Assembly: GCF_964204645.1 (NCBI RefSeq)
Contig: NC_134026.1
Location: forward strand, 18,758,150-18,822,149
Direction of reading: 5' to 3'
Source of the DNA: Tubulanus polymorphus
Taxonomy: Eukaryota > Animalia > Nemertea
Length of the DNA: 64,000 nt
The first letter of the stretch is position 1; every line of letters begins with the position of its first letter. The translations under genes were made by a program, and so were the position numbers. The notes under the pieces were generated by a model. That model was not told the DNA's origin and did no database searches. It worked only from the letters and a program-made list of their open reading frames with translations. Shown piece after piece: positions 1 to 13,100 of the stretch.

Positions 1-271
1 GGATCTGAAATGGTCAATTCCATACCTGCTAATTACCCTCTAATAACATGACATTAATACTAGAAAAAAGGTAATAAAAATATTTCATGCGAGAGAAACA
101 CAGATTTCAGAACGAAGGATGCCAAATGAAGCACAACATACATATATTTTGGTTGTTGAGCAGCGCAGTGGGAGCCCACCATACTTCAAGTAGTTTATAC
201 TCCACACCCAAGCAACCATGCATGTATAATTGATACTTAAGGGAAACTGGTAAAGAAACAAGGCGATTCAT

Positions 272-600
272 CAGCTGCAATCATACCGAGACGATTTGGC
301 CCGGGCCAAACTGGCAGGGATCAGACTCGGGCCAAATTTGGCCCGTGCCTAATTAGAGAGCGCGTTCACAAGCAAACCATTCACTCAATACTAAACAATG
401 CTCAAACAAAGCGAAGTGGATCATTTCCGGTGCCAGCAGTTGCAATTGAAAGGCAATCATTTGTTTGGTGCTAAAATTTGGCTTAGGCATGGTCCGACGT
501 TATTGGTCGGGCCAAACAGGCTCGGACCCATTTGGCACCCGTGTGAACAGTTGTTCCGGGCCAAATTTGGCCTCATGGGGATCGAGGCTATCAAGTATGT
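272..600. mobile_element. MITE-like dispersed repeat; related copy at ~27247-27440
   Basis: GCAATCA(T/C)AC...ATTTGGCC(C/T)GGGCCAAA...ATTAGAGAG(C/T)GCGTTCACA...ATACTAAACAATGCT recurs in CHMP3 intron 3. Contains internal TTTGGCCCGGGCCAAA-type palindromes. Confidence 0.6.
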
Positions 601-911
601 ATAGAGTAGTTTCTACTAAAGGCCACGTATTAAGATAGCTGCCAGTTGGCTGGATTAAGACCAACATAAATCTTTTGATAATATCATCTAATATTCCAAT
701 ATGAAATTTTAATTCTCAATGCTCTACATACACAGGGATGAAAAGAGAGGCGTTTAAAAAACGTGGAAAAATTTGAAATAAAAGTTTTAGGCTAACTACT
801 GCTGGCTTGTCGCGAGCACCGTAAGTGAGAAGTCCCTAAAGGGGGGTTTGGGGGACCTCCCCCGCGAAAATTAAGAAATTTCAATTAAAACAATGACTAC
901 TTTTATTGAGC

Positions 912-974
912 ATGCACGTGGTAATAATAAAGATGATATTTATTAAACATCATCTTAATTATTACCACGTGCAT
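912..974. repeat. Near-perfect ~31-bp-arm hairpin, probably a collapsed MITE
   Basis: ATGCACGTGGTAATAATAAAGATGATATTTA-T-TAAACATCATCTTAATTATTACCACGTGCAT; 2 mismatches. Confidence 0.75.
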
Positions 975-2516
975 CTTCACATTGTTGGCCGTCAGCGGGA
1001 CGATGTACAACGGCGCGTAAAGATAATTGACTTTTAATTGGAAATGGCGTCACTACAGTGGCGCTCCGCCTACGCACGCACAGATACCACAACAAGCACA
1101 CATATATACATTGTAGCAGAACGTCCTTGGAAACAGAGACCAAGATAACATAACACAGAAGCGACGACGAGTACAAGCAAACGAACACTTTTAGGGTCTG
1201 TGCCATTACTGGTCGCCGCGAGGAATTCTCACCCAATTTCCGGAATTGACATCGGCGATCCTAAATTTCCGGAATTCCGGAAAACTAGCATCTCTGAAAC
1301 TAGAGATGGGTCTTCTGTTCAACAAAATGCTGAACACTTAGTTAGTTACCTTGGAGGAAATCTTGGTATTAAAAGTAAAATGCTCCTATCCCACATTTGG
1401 TAACATTGTATTGTCTAAACCTTATCAAAACTAAAAAAATCTCGAAAATTGACCTCCTCAAATTACTTCATTGTTTACACAAAATTAACAGGAAAAAGTT
1501 AACCCCGAAGCACTGGATGCAAACAATTTCTTGTGATGAGCAGATTTCTTTATTTTTCTAATCGCAATCAATATACTCAAATATTGTATTTCGATACACG
1601 TAAACCACTAGTTGTCACAAAATTATAAATATGCCAAATGAATACTCCCTAATATTAGAGGTATGAAGCTAAAATTGAAATAATGACTATTAAAATTTGC
1701 ATGCACCACCAGTTCAAACAGTAAAAGGGCAAGAAATAGGTAACAATAACTTGCCCGTGGGCAAAGCGGTTTACCTCAAAAACTAGAGCTTGTTCGCCTA
1801 GGGCATTGCCTATGAGAAATCTTTTTATTTTTAGAGTTCAAAGTTCTATTCTATATTGTATTTTTTTCTTTTATAAAGAATTGTTTTGTAGTCAAATAAA
1901 ACCAAAAATAGATACACGGTCCATAGCCAAAATTTGGTAGGGTCGGTAGGTAGATAGGGAAAAAAAATTATTTGAAAAAATATTTTTCACACAATATCAA
2001 AAATATTTTTTCAAAAAAAATTTCATATGACTCGATATCACCATTCATTAGTATGTGTTGGCAACCTATTCAAATGTAGGACCGCTGTTGCCAACTAGCA
2101 GTACGGTAAAAAACTAGCATATAATAAATACGTGGATTGTTTCAGACCCTGGATTTTACCACTAAAATATTTTTATTGTTTGCTGCTTAGTATTTTCAGG
2201 TTTGCAAGAAATATTAATCAATGATATTTTATTACAAATTCTCCCAAACAAAATATCAAAAAAATATTTTCGGTCGGCACCTTTTTGACAGGGTCTGTCA
2301 GAAACCATAAACAAACGTATATTTTTTGGCCTAGGAAGCAAAACCGCACGTGTCGACTGAAATGCTTGTCAATTTGTTTCCGATTGTAGCTTACCCATTA
2401 ATATGTCAGTAGCCTCGAAATTCCCGTATATCCCAAAAATAGCCAATCACGTTCGCGTAGAGACGATGCCCCCAATGAAGGTCATTGCAATTTTATAATG
2501 CAAGAGTTACCAGTAA

Positions 2517-2650
2517 GGCCACGCCAAAAGAAAACCCTGTTTCTCCGTCCCGACCGACCCGATATTTCAAGAAGAATTTCCCTACCTACCTACCTACCCA
2601 TATTGGTGATTGCCCCGCCCGAAGAAACAGGATTTTTTTTCAGTGTGGCC
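2517..2650. mobile_element. Small PIF/Harbinger-like MITE
   Basis: Imperfect TIRs GGCCACGCCAAAAGAAAACCCTGTTTCT / AGAAACAGGATTTTTTTTCAGTGTGGCC, flanked by TAA and TGA. A related end occurs at ~24366. Confidence 0.5.
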
Positions 2651-3225
2651 TGATGCCTTTCCCACCAATAACAGTTTTTCAAGGAATTTTAACGAAGCTG
2701 ACCATGACATTGCTGGAGGTTAAGTATGTCTTCAATCGCACCAATTATTCATCATTTAGGCCGAAAATGAAACAATTGCTCATATAAAAAAAAACATATC
2801 GCGATTTTACATAATCGACTCAATGCCAACTCCACTATCACTAACAAAGATAACGCAAAAATATTGCATACTTCATAAATAGCAGAGTACTTATTTGTTA
2901 CTTCCTAAGAATTTTTGGTTAAAGCCAAAAATGAGATACCTCATTTCTCGTTTCCAGCTGGGTGCGTAAGTCTCAGACTTAGAGACCCGGTAAAATAAAA
3001 CCATGCCGGCTAGCTGGTTGAAAATTAAGTTCTAGGTTCATAGAAAATAAAATAAAAACCGTTCGGGCAGTTGTCGGAATATATTCTTGTTGTTTTCTTA
3101 TTCATTTCATTGGGGTTCAAACTTGGGGGTCACAAGTATTTTTGACTACATTTTCATTCAGTGGGAATACCTGTGTAGTGATTTCTCGGATCTGGTGCGA
3201 GTGAATGCCCGATAACTTCTTTATG

Positions 3226-3486
3226 CAGGGTCCGATCTAAGGAATGAAAGCCACTTGCCCCGGGGGCAAGCATATCTGAAATTTCGCTTGCCCCCTGCAA
3301 AAAATACTTGCCCTTCACAGGCAGTCCGATTGGTGGCACTATCATCCGTTGTATCGAGTGGGAAAATAGCTATGTGACATAAAATTGCACTAGGCCGACC
3401 GACAAGTGATAATGATTACCTACTTGCCCTGTCGATGAGAATATACTTGTCCCGGGCAATCGGACAAGAAATTAGATCGGACCCTG
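3226..3486. mobile_element. MITE with 15-bp TIR and 5-bp TSD (hAT5-like)
   Basis: TTATG|CAGGGTCCGATCTAA ... TTAGATCGGACCCTG|TTATG, with internal ACTTGCCCC/GGGCAAG repeats. Confidence 0.8.
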
Positions 3487-5778
3487 TTATGACACATATT
3501 ACTTGTAAAAGCTAGAAAATATTCTTATCAATTATCAAAATGCCACCTGCCTAGTCAATATTTCCAAAAATTCATGTTTTTTTTTCATGAATGAAAATAA
3601 ACACCTGCCTGCCAGGTCGTTTTTGGATTATGAAAATGAGAAACAAGGTACTGGTATCATTCTTTTTATGCCTTAAGTCGAAAATTGATAAACTTACTCT
3701 CACATCAAGTTTCATAGATATCCGGCATTGCAGGCTGTATCATGATAATAAGAAATTCTGAAAAGAGTTGGCTGGTGGCCATATTTGATGGCTGATGACT
3801 TCTATTTTTGTTGGGGTGGACAGCTTAATAGACGAACTTCAGTTTTAGTGGTGGGAACTAATAACCGAACCTGCTTCGGTCGTAACGAGGCCATGGGACC
3901 ATTCATCTATTACGTACGCATTAAATTCCAATTCTTTAAGCCCCCCTGTATGTAAGCATACCCTCCTGCATACGTAGGTGAGAAAAACGTTTATTGTTAC
4001 CTTTTAAGTTCACCTTACCTGCCCCAATCCGCACACTTAATTTCATGAAAATTAATCAAGAACTTGGCTGTGTCTCGCTAAAAAATTCAAATCTACCCAC
4101 TAAATTTCACAAGAATGCCTAAGCAATTTGCCTACAAGCGTGCTAACAAGAAATATATAAGATGGCTGCCCTAGTGCCATATTTTTTGGCCAATAACTTC
4201 CATTGATTTCCAATATTAGGGTGGACATCTCACTTGCCTCAATTCTCACACAAAGTTTAAGAAAAATTCATCAAGATTTGCAGCATGCAGCGCACTAATG
4301 AAGTCTCAAAAGGACAGCGCAGACTGAGTAAAACATGATTATGATGTCTCCCCCTCCCAGGGGCGGATCTAGGAAATTTGCAAGGCTGGGGTCCAAAAGA
4401 AAAGGCTTTTTTTCAGATGAAGCAGTCTTTTTAATGGGGTTATCCATCATCATTAGATATTTATGAAGAAATACATATGCACAGGCGTGGATTCAGACAG
4501 AAGCACCGTAGGCACGTGCTACCATCGCGAAAATCTCGTGCCTATTTTTTAATGCCCAAATTAGAAAAGGGCACCTTCTTACAAGACGAGGTAGATGATT
4601 CTACACAAAAAGCACATAAATCTTAAAGATTTTGTCTTTATTACGTGGAAACTACATTTCAATGCAGTTAATTTCCTAGAAAGCACTTCGTGTCAGGACT
4701 TTAATTGCTTGGAAATTGCAGCAGAAGCAGATTTCCAAAATTTCAGAATGCCCTTTTTCTTTCAAAATGCACTCTTTATAAGTTGTGCTACCCTCGACAG
4801 TGTCCCTGGATCCACCCCTGATGTAATTGCGAAAGAAATATGCAATTTCCATAAGAGTGTCAAATTTGCAGGTTCAAAAGATCTTTGATTTGACGACGAA
4901 TAGGGCAACCTCAATGAGAAGGTAAAGGTCCGGACCCTGGAGACCACCTCTAAAATCTGCTGCTGCCCCCCGCTGGGGAGACATGAACACCCAGACAAGC
5001 GCATTAGAAATTAACACGTTCAGCACCGATTCATTATTTTTGGAACAAGCTTAGCTAGATTGGCTGCTAGGTGACGCCAGCGTTGGCAGGTTGTGAAGGA
5101 TTTCCAGCTCAGTCATTTTTTCGCTCAATTCTCATGTTTTTTTGCGGAATGCAGATGAAACAACATGGTTTAGATGACATACTGAGACTACCAAATCAGT
5201 GTGTAGTAAGTAACTACTGCCGAGTGTTGATTTTTCTGAGAACAGCAGCTTTCTCGGATTTCCTAGAAACAAATTGGCAGACGTTAGTTGGCAATATCCA
5301 GACCAAGTCCAAGAAACGATATTTGGAAGAACATTTAGAAATGCTCTTTTTTCTTTAAGGGGGGATTCGGGGGCCCTCCCCCAAGAAAATTTCGAAATTT
5401 CAAGGGGTTCTTGGGCCATCTGAGGCCCATTTTCCAGCATTGACTAATGACAAAATAAGACTTAAGACTGCTGCCACGCGTGGTCGATTGTTTGTTGTTT
5501 ATGTCTGGAGTCAATGAAAAGGATGGCTCCGACAATACCCAAATCATAGATAAATAAAGTGAGATCAGTTAGGTTCGAATCCCTAGAAAACAACAACCTT
5601 CGCCTTGCTCACGCGCATTCGATTGCCAGATGCGATAAATGATGAAATGCCGCAATCAGGCATTGCGAAAATAATTTCTGGCCCCGATGCAGTTCACGGG
5701 ACAGTGACTTCGAGAAAAATCGAATCCTAACCTAACCCCCCTCGAAATGTTTTAATGCAAATTTGAACGAATTAGAAT

Positions 5779-5820
5779 TCACCTGACGATGATCTCTAGA
5801 GTGAGATCAAAACGTCGTTA
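5779..5820 (+). ncRNA. Degenerate Penelope-type minimal hammerhead ribozyme motif, probably inactive
   Basis: CTGACGA-T-GATCTC(TAGAGT)GAGATC-AAAA-CGTC. The core GAAA is mutated to AAAA and stem I is imperfect. Confidence 0.45.
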
Positions 5821-7184
5821 TTATATATTTTAGATTGTTCGAATAAATAAATTCTTGATTTTAAATTCTTTTAATCTGTAGATAGTGGGTTTTTATCTTT
5901 TTAACCACCTTGGTAATTATTGGTCCGTCATGTCGGACCAACCGCACCGGTAGCTACGACACTGATTTACAGAATTCATATAAAACCACGACTTATAGAT
6001 AACTCGTACATCACGTAAATCGTAGAAAAATCGTCAGTCCCCAGGGCTACGAATACGGGGTTGACTGTAATATACGATAAGACAGCGTTGGATCCGTATA
6101 TGAAAATGGGTAAATCTGTGAAACATGCAAGTAACTCACTCTTGAATTATTTAATTTTATTTCTTTCGTATAAAAGTTACACTAATTGTAGAACGACACG
6201 TACAGCAGTACAAAAACAGACACAGACAGTACAGAGCAAAATAAACATTTATATATGAACTATAGACTATAGTTGGATTTTCAGGTTGTATTCAAGTCAT
6301 TTGTAAACCTACCATTGTCTATTGTCAAAAGTAAAATCTAGAGCAGCTAGTGGCTGCAAAACAGAGTTTAAATAGCAAAACAAGAATTTCCGATGTTTTC
6401 CATGCTCGCAAAATCAAAATGAAATGGTTGAACGGTTTCGTAGTAATGAAAGTTGTAACAAAAAGTGCAGTGAATTTGTTCAAAGTCAAACAGCGCGTTG
6501 CCGTTTTCGAGAAGGTGTCCGGGTATCTGGATGTCCGTGTTATTCAAATAGCGAGTCAACATAGGCCTATAGTAATTAGAACACTGACTAAGAGAGGATC
6601 AAGTTATTGCACCGGCATGTCTCACAAGAAAATTCTTCAGAACAATTTTCTCAAGGATTCAGTGAATTTTCTAAAGATTAAGTAACTTCCACTCATTCGA
6701 CGAATTTGCCGCGCAGTGTGCACCTCTGCTCTGGAGCAAATTTGTATATGACGGATAATTAGGTTACTGACCTTTAAACAATAGGATGTCGACGGATTAA
6801 AAGTTTCAAATTTGATACGGTCGAACGGTTGCCCTCCTGATACGTTGATTCAAAAAACGCGGCGCCACCACTGCGTCATCATCATTAAAAAAATAGTTTT
6901 TCTAAATACTATCGTTCAATATTACATGAGGCCTATCAACTTCATACTTGTAAACGTTAGTTTTATCATCCTAATAAATGAATTATAAATTGATTGATAA
7001 AATATACAATATACAGCATAAGCTAAATTCGGAACATGTTTGATCTCAAGGTCGTTGCGCGAATGGCGGATTTAGTTTTTGGTTTTCCCCTCTGGCTCTC
7101 TTACTACATACGATGCAATAGGCTGCCATACCACGTAGTACACTTCATGTGAGATTGATTGAGAAGATTAGGATTATTCAAACA

Positions 7185-10100
7185 ATGGCCCCTAACAACA
7201 TTCCTAACAGGTAATGATCGGTAATTTTCATCAATTACTAGATTTAGTAATTTTTAAAAGTGAGAAAAGGAGAAAAGAAGTCAAGAGTCTAAATAAAAAA
7301 AACGACAGCAAAAAAGCGAAGATTCAGGACTGAAGAAAAGTCGGTGTAGACAGGATCAGGAAAAAACCGATCTGTATTAGTCTGAATACCAGACGTTGTT
7401 GCAGTCCCCTACAACTGTTTGTTTGGAGGAACAACCGTTTGAAGGAGCAATGGCTGGACACTATATTTAGTTTAGTTTTAGACTAGATCTATGTGTGTGT
7501 CGGTAAAAATTACCACCGACCCATCATCCTGATCGATCCTAAAACGTTATAAAACGATCCTAAAATGTTATCACAACGCACCATAGTTTGAATACCAGTT
7601 GTTGTACCCGTTCCCTACAACGTCTGACGCTAAATAGAGGTTAGCTCCTGTTAATTGCAATGATGCAACAACTGATTTTAGTGTCGGATCAAACCTTTGT
7701 ACTAAAATAAATTAATTAGTTACCTTGTTGACTTTTAAAACGTGTTTTGTAATAATATTTTTGATGATTTAAATCGCGAACTGGAGAATTTATTGATTTG
7801 AATTGAATTGTTAGCCTACCAGTCGTTACGTATGGGTTCCCTGGGGAACAACGGCTAGGTACTAAACTCACCGCTGCGTTTGTATAGGCCTATGGCAAAT
7901 TGGGATGCAGCAACGTACTAGGCCTATACAGAAACAGAACGCGATTCACCCAGTCCTCCACAGAGATCTTAAAAATAACTTCATTTAACGAAATGATGTT
8001 ATTTTTCTTGTGAGATTTCAACAACTAAATCAGGGTGGCATAGGCATGGTGACAATGTTCAAATTCAAGAAATTTCACAAAATGAAGGATTTTCTCTATT
8101 ATTCAACTGGACTAAAAGTCTTTTCGCCAATCCATCTAATTGGTACAGAATTGGAATGATATCTGATATTCAGTTGTTGTCCGCGATTTTTGGCATTCTT
8201 TTAAGACCTAAATGAGGTATGTACCCCAAAAAGTAAGTGAAATATCCCAGAAAAACAGGTCTCATCCTTTTATAAATGGACATTAGAATGGATATAAAAA
8301 CTATGGTTTATCTGGACTGCACATATGAGTTTCTCTGGTCCTATTAAGACCAAATTGAGGTGTGTTACAAGCGAAATATCCCAAAAAGATGTCAGATGAA
8401 AATATATAGACATTAGTGTAACCAACCACCCACCACAGACACGTGCAAGTTCACTGTTGTCTACCAGAATTATCTGTCTTCAAACTGCAAGATTTCAACT
8501 TGTCGACAGCCGATTGAGATGAATAAACTACACTGACCTCATGACGTTTTACGTTTGTTCATATTATCATCTTGACGATAAATCTGATTTTAGTACGACT
8601 AAATTTGAGATACAAAAATGATGTGCTGTTTAGCGATGAGACACGCATCGCTCAAGTTGTCTTGTTGCTAACGAACTACAGTGTTATAATGCATAGTTTC
8701 AAAGATGCAGTCACTTTTTGCTATTTCCATATTCATATTGCATCATGCATCAACTATGATCATAAACATAATAACAAGAAAACTGATTATCTGAGGTTTG
8801 TGTTGATAGTTTATGTTTCACACTCGGTTCTGTGAAACAGGATTTCTGTGGTTTAAAGTCATAGCGATTTGAAAGTAACGAGAAATTGTCATTTTGGCAT
8901 CTTAGTGCCTTTGGTAATATCAGACACAAAGGTTCTTGGTGAAAAGCACGATAAAGGCTCGTAGTTGAAGTTTGGGGATGTTTAGTAGCTTAAATTTTCC
9001 AACTTCCCAGTACCCGGTATCTAACATGCATTAACAGCAATGTAGGGTTCATGAATAGGCATACTGGACCTTTAAAGTTGGTAAATTTGAATAGGCGCTG
9101 AAATCCTTGAATTATTGTTATGGTTTTTAAATTACATCTACATCGTGACGATGACGATGACGATCCTTCAGGTGTGACGATGATTTAGTTCTAGTAGTGA
9201 GAGTACAAAACATTGTGTCCTCCTTCACCGCTACTGTGTGAGTCCCGAGTTGATATGCACTAGGCCTACATCATACATTTCAACATAGCCATTAAAATTG
9301 GGAATTTTTGGGTTCATTTTGTAATCAAGTATATTTCATGATTTATTTTCTATTTGATGAATTTTCATGTCTTTTTGATTGAATTGTACGGAAGAGCCTT
9401 GCGACCAGTTACTTAGTAACTTAGTAATTTCTTAAGATGTTGCAGCAGTTGGCAGTGAATTTGGCATAACATGGGCAGGGTGAATTTGGGTCAGCAGTGG
9501 CACCCGTTAAAGCTGTTTTGTACGTTTTCGAATCGATGAAGCGTGAATATTTTGTCGCAAAAACGGATTTTTCTTGCAGGGTAAAAGCCTTGAATTTTCG
9601 TTGGCCTTGAGGCTATGAATACTGTAACAGTTCTTAACTGGTTTAAAGATTCCAATCAAATAAAGGATTCAATTTCAGGAAATTTAAAAAAATGAATGCT
9701 GCTTTCTCCGATACATCTTGAGCTAGCCCTATAAAAGACTCTTTGGCAATCCTTTGAATGTCCAATCCTTATCAAAGATTTTTTGGGTCATGTTAAGACC
9801 TTACTGAGGTAGCCTTTAATATAATCCTAAAATTAAGCAAAGTATTACAGAAAACAAGTCTCATGAAGTAATAAATAGACACTGATATTTACTGACAATA
9901 ATAAAACCAATGGAATATCTTTCAGATGGGAACCGTACACACCATGTGGTGAGCCAATAGAAGGCACCAGATTCATCTCTTTTAAAGTGCCATTGAAAGA
10001 AGTAAGTCTTGCTTTGCATAAGGACCCTTTCTTCCTTTGGCAGGAGGTTCTAGGGGTGGATCCAGGGTCAAAGAAAAGGAGGTATCCACTCAAGAAATGT

Positions 10101-13100
10101 TTGAAGGAATTTTCTAAGCTTTGCCGCAATTTTGTTGTTGCTCATACACAATGATTTTTAGTCCACTTGGGAATTAAGTCTCAGAGGGCTATTGCATTCA
10201 CTTTCCGGCCGTTCGTCCATAGACAGAATCCAGTTATTTTGGGAAGTTTCAATGTATTGTCTTGACCTTTGGTTTAAATGTGTATCTACCCTAAACACAT
10301 CGGCTCAAGATGATACGGACAAGTAAAACGATGAGCCTTATCACAAGAAAAAAAGCAATGCGCCAGAGATCAGTGTAGGTTAGTTTTGCTTGCCGACATT
10401 GCTGGCATTGGAAAAGAGATATTTAATGTGGGTTAGTTTTATTTACCGACATTGCTGACATTGGAAAAGAGATTTTTAATGTAAGTAATAGTTTTACCTG
10501 CCGACGTTGGGATCGATGGACTGAGCGTATGCGTGAATTACCCTTAACCCTTATATAAAGTGGCTGGGATTCACAGACTGGGTATGTGCGTGGATTACCC
10601 TTATATAAAGTGGCTGGGATCGACGGACTGGGTGTGTGCGTGGGGTACCCTGATATAAAGTGGGTGGGATCGAGGGGCTGGGTGTGTGCGTGTATAACCT
10701 TTATATAAAGTGGCTGGTATCGAGGGGTTGTGTGTGGGACCGCGTGTGTGCATGGATTACCCTTATATAAAGTGGATCCCGTCGATCCCGATGTTGGCGA
10801 TGTCAGCAAGTAAAACTAACTCACATCCAATTGCCGGCACTTCTCACTGTATGATCTCTTAACATTGCGTCTGAAAAGCCAAATCACAACTTCCGTTTCT
10901 ATATAATCATAGGCTACACCGAACGAACTACAATCCCATTACTATACTTGATCCGATACATCTTCTGCCTAAAAAACTGGCAGCCATTGTTGTTAGCCAA
11001 GATCAGCACTTTTGACACATTTTTAGGATCAACTGTGTTGATTGATCCTTATAGAATGGTTCTGAGAGTTACTCTCTGCTAGCTCTTGGTGGCACCAATT
11101 GTAACCAATGGATATGCACAACTGATATTTTGTCATTAGGAGGGAAATAGGTATTGGAATTTATATGGCAAGTTTCGTCCATCAGCTCTAAGCCGTTTGG
11201 AAGTGCTGGGAGAAAATGTGCAAAACTTCACTGAATTTTCCCCCATTCTACTAATCGATGCTTGCCCTTGTTTTCTGACATCACAGGGACAGCCCTTCAG
11301 AAGGGTATTACTTGGAAATCCCTCTAGAAGGGCTTTCCGAGTGACATTATCAAGAACTGTGCTACCATGTTCTTGTGACTCATAGGGAAAACCCATTACC
11401 ATGTAGGCCCTATATCATCAAAGTTGAACATGCTTACTACACAGTCTACAATGATTTCATCTTTATCAGCTGTTTATACTTCATTGCAAGAACAAATCGA
11501 TTTTTGTGCTCAAAACTAAAATGTACTCCGTTGATCCTCCTGGAACCATGGTCCTTTATTAAGGTTTTCAAGGGAAATTTGAGAACATGATGTGACCTTT
11601 TTTGTGCCCAAAAAGGTCATTTTTGCACTCAATTCCGAGACCTGTAGCTCCCGAATGGTTGGCCATTTTTCATTAAATTCGTGAAGGTTATACTTTGTGA
11701 GGGCTCTTATACATATCAGACATAAAACTGATCAATGAATATATTCTTTGATCAGTCAAGCGTGTCACAATCAGTAGCCATCTTATTCTTAGTTTCATCA
11801 ATTTGTAGTCTTAATATTTGATAAATTGTATCGCTGTCGTAGTATTCATCTCTTTAGGTGGACTTGGATTTACCCAGGTTTTTGTTCTCACCACCAGGGG
11901 AGTTGAATATTGAATATTTGAGGATGGATTTTTAAGGTGCCTCAACACGTTAAGGAGGGATGTCCTGACCCCATCGGACAACCCCTAGTAACTGGAGCCA
12001 ATTGTCACTATCAGCCAATGGGAATGGCACATTTCATTTCAGTCAGGGTTATACTCTCAAAAGTGCCTAAGCAATGATATACAATTGGCAATCTGATTGG
12101 TGCCACGTCTTATTTCTAGCTCAGGCTTTTGTTTTGATTGCAGTACTCCTGAATTCCGCCAAAAATCTCACATAGTTGTTTTTTTTTGTCTTCCACTGTC
12201 ATCACAATCATCATAATTTTTCCAATCGAAAAGAGTATTCTTTGATCTAACTATTTGAAAAAAAATTGTTTTCTTCATTTCTCGCATCATTTGAATTTAG
12301 ATACAATTTTCACTCTATTTAGCCCATTTCTGGGGTTTGGCGTTTATTTTTTGTCCGTCATCCATTCGTCTGTCTGTAGAGAGAATCTAGTTCTTATGGG
12401 AATTTTTGCAATCAGAGGCTGTCCGATCACGGGCCAATTTACCTGTCGGAAGCCATTTTTGTTGAGAGACCAGCGCAAATTCTACACTGAGATCGCGGAA
12501 TTGTGAGACGATAGGTAGACTGGTTCCCCTTTACTTTGAATATATTGATTTTATTTTGCTGATTTAGCAAATGCAGACCATGTGTCAACGTTTGAAAATT
12601 CAAAAAAGGGGGTTCGAACTACCGAACCACCCCCCCCCTCCCTAGGGACGCCCATGGATATAAAAGTTGTGGAACATGACGCTTTCTATGATTGTGGTGA
12701 TTTTCAAGGTCATTGGCATTTGCATAGGACTATGTTCACCGTGAAATTACATTAGTATTTCCTAATTTAGGATCTATGCATATTTTATCAGCGCATTCAA
12801 TTGCAAAGTTATTAACTCATTTATTTTCATGTTCATTTATATTCATATTTCAGTCACTTAATCGAAAACTGAAGGAAAGTGACAGGTAAGAGCTGACAAG
12901 TGAAGGTCAATAAATCAATAACTTAAATGGAAAAGTCAATAGGCTAACCCTGCAGTCAAATAGGCTAGCTCTCTTCCAGGCCCGTAGCAAGGAGCAAAAC
13001 TGTGTAGCGGCCATGGGATCAGATAAGCTGCGTTCACACGACAACTAGTTAGACGGGTCTAAATGGGTCCGTACCGGGTTCACTCTTTTAGACCGTGCAA

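Larger units (their letters stand above)
1350..6313 (-). other. Possible 5' (largely non-coding) exons of a minus-strand gene divergent from DUSP11, continuing off the left edge of the window
   Basis: Exon-like units with canonical sites on the minus strand: a donor (ATG|gtagg) at 6313, 3757-3698 (ttttcag|...|gtaagt), 1414-1350 (gtttag|...|gtaact), and a further acceptor (tttcag) at positions 10-5. The 60-nt unit has stops in all three frames. No recognisable protein. Confidence 0.25.

Noticed and set aside
10510-10780. CRISPR-like appearance of regularly spaced repeats
   Set aside because: Whole 50-bp units repeat with no unique spacers; eukaryotic intron; no cas genes.
10423-10809. 128-aa repetitive ORF
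   Set aside because: A translation of the minisatellite, not a gene.
11136-11402. 88-aa minus ORF vaguely like Gypsy pol (LLKGCP)
   Set aside because: Too weak to assign without a profile search.
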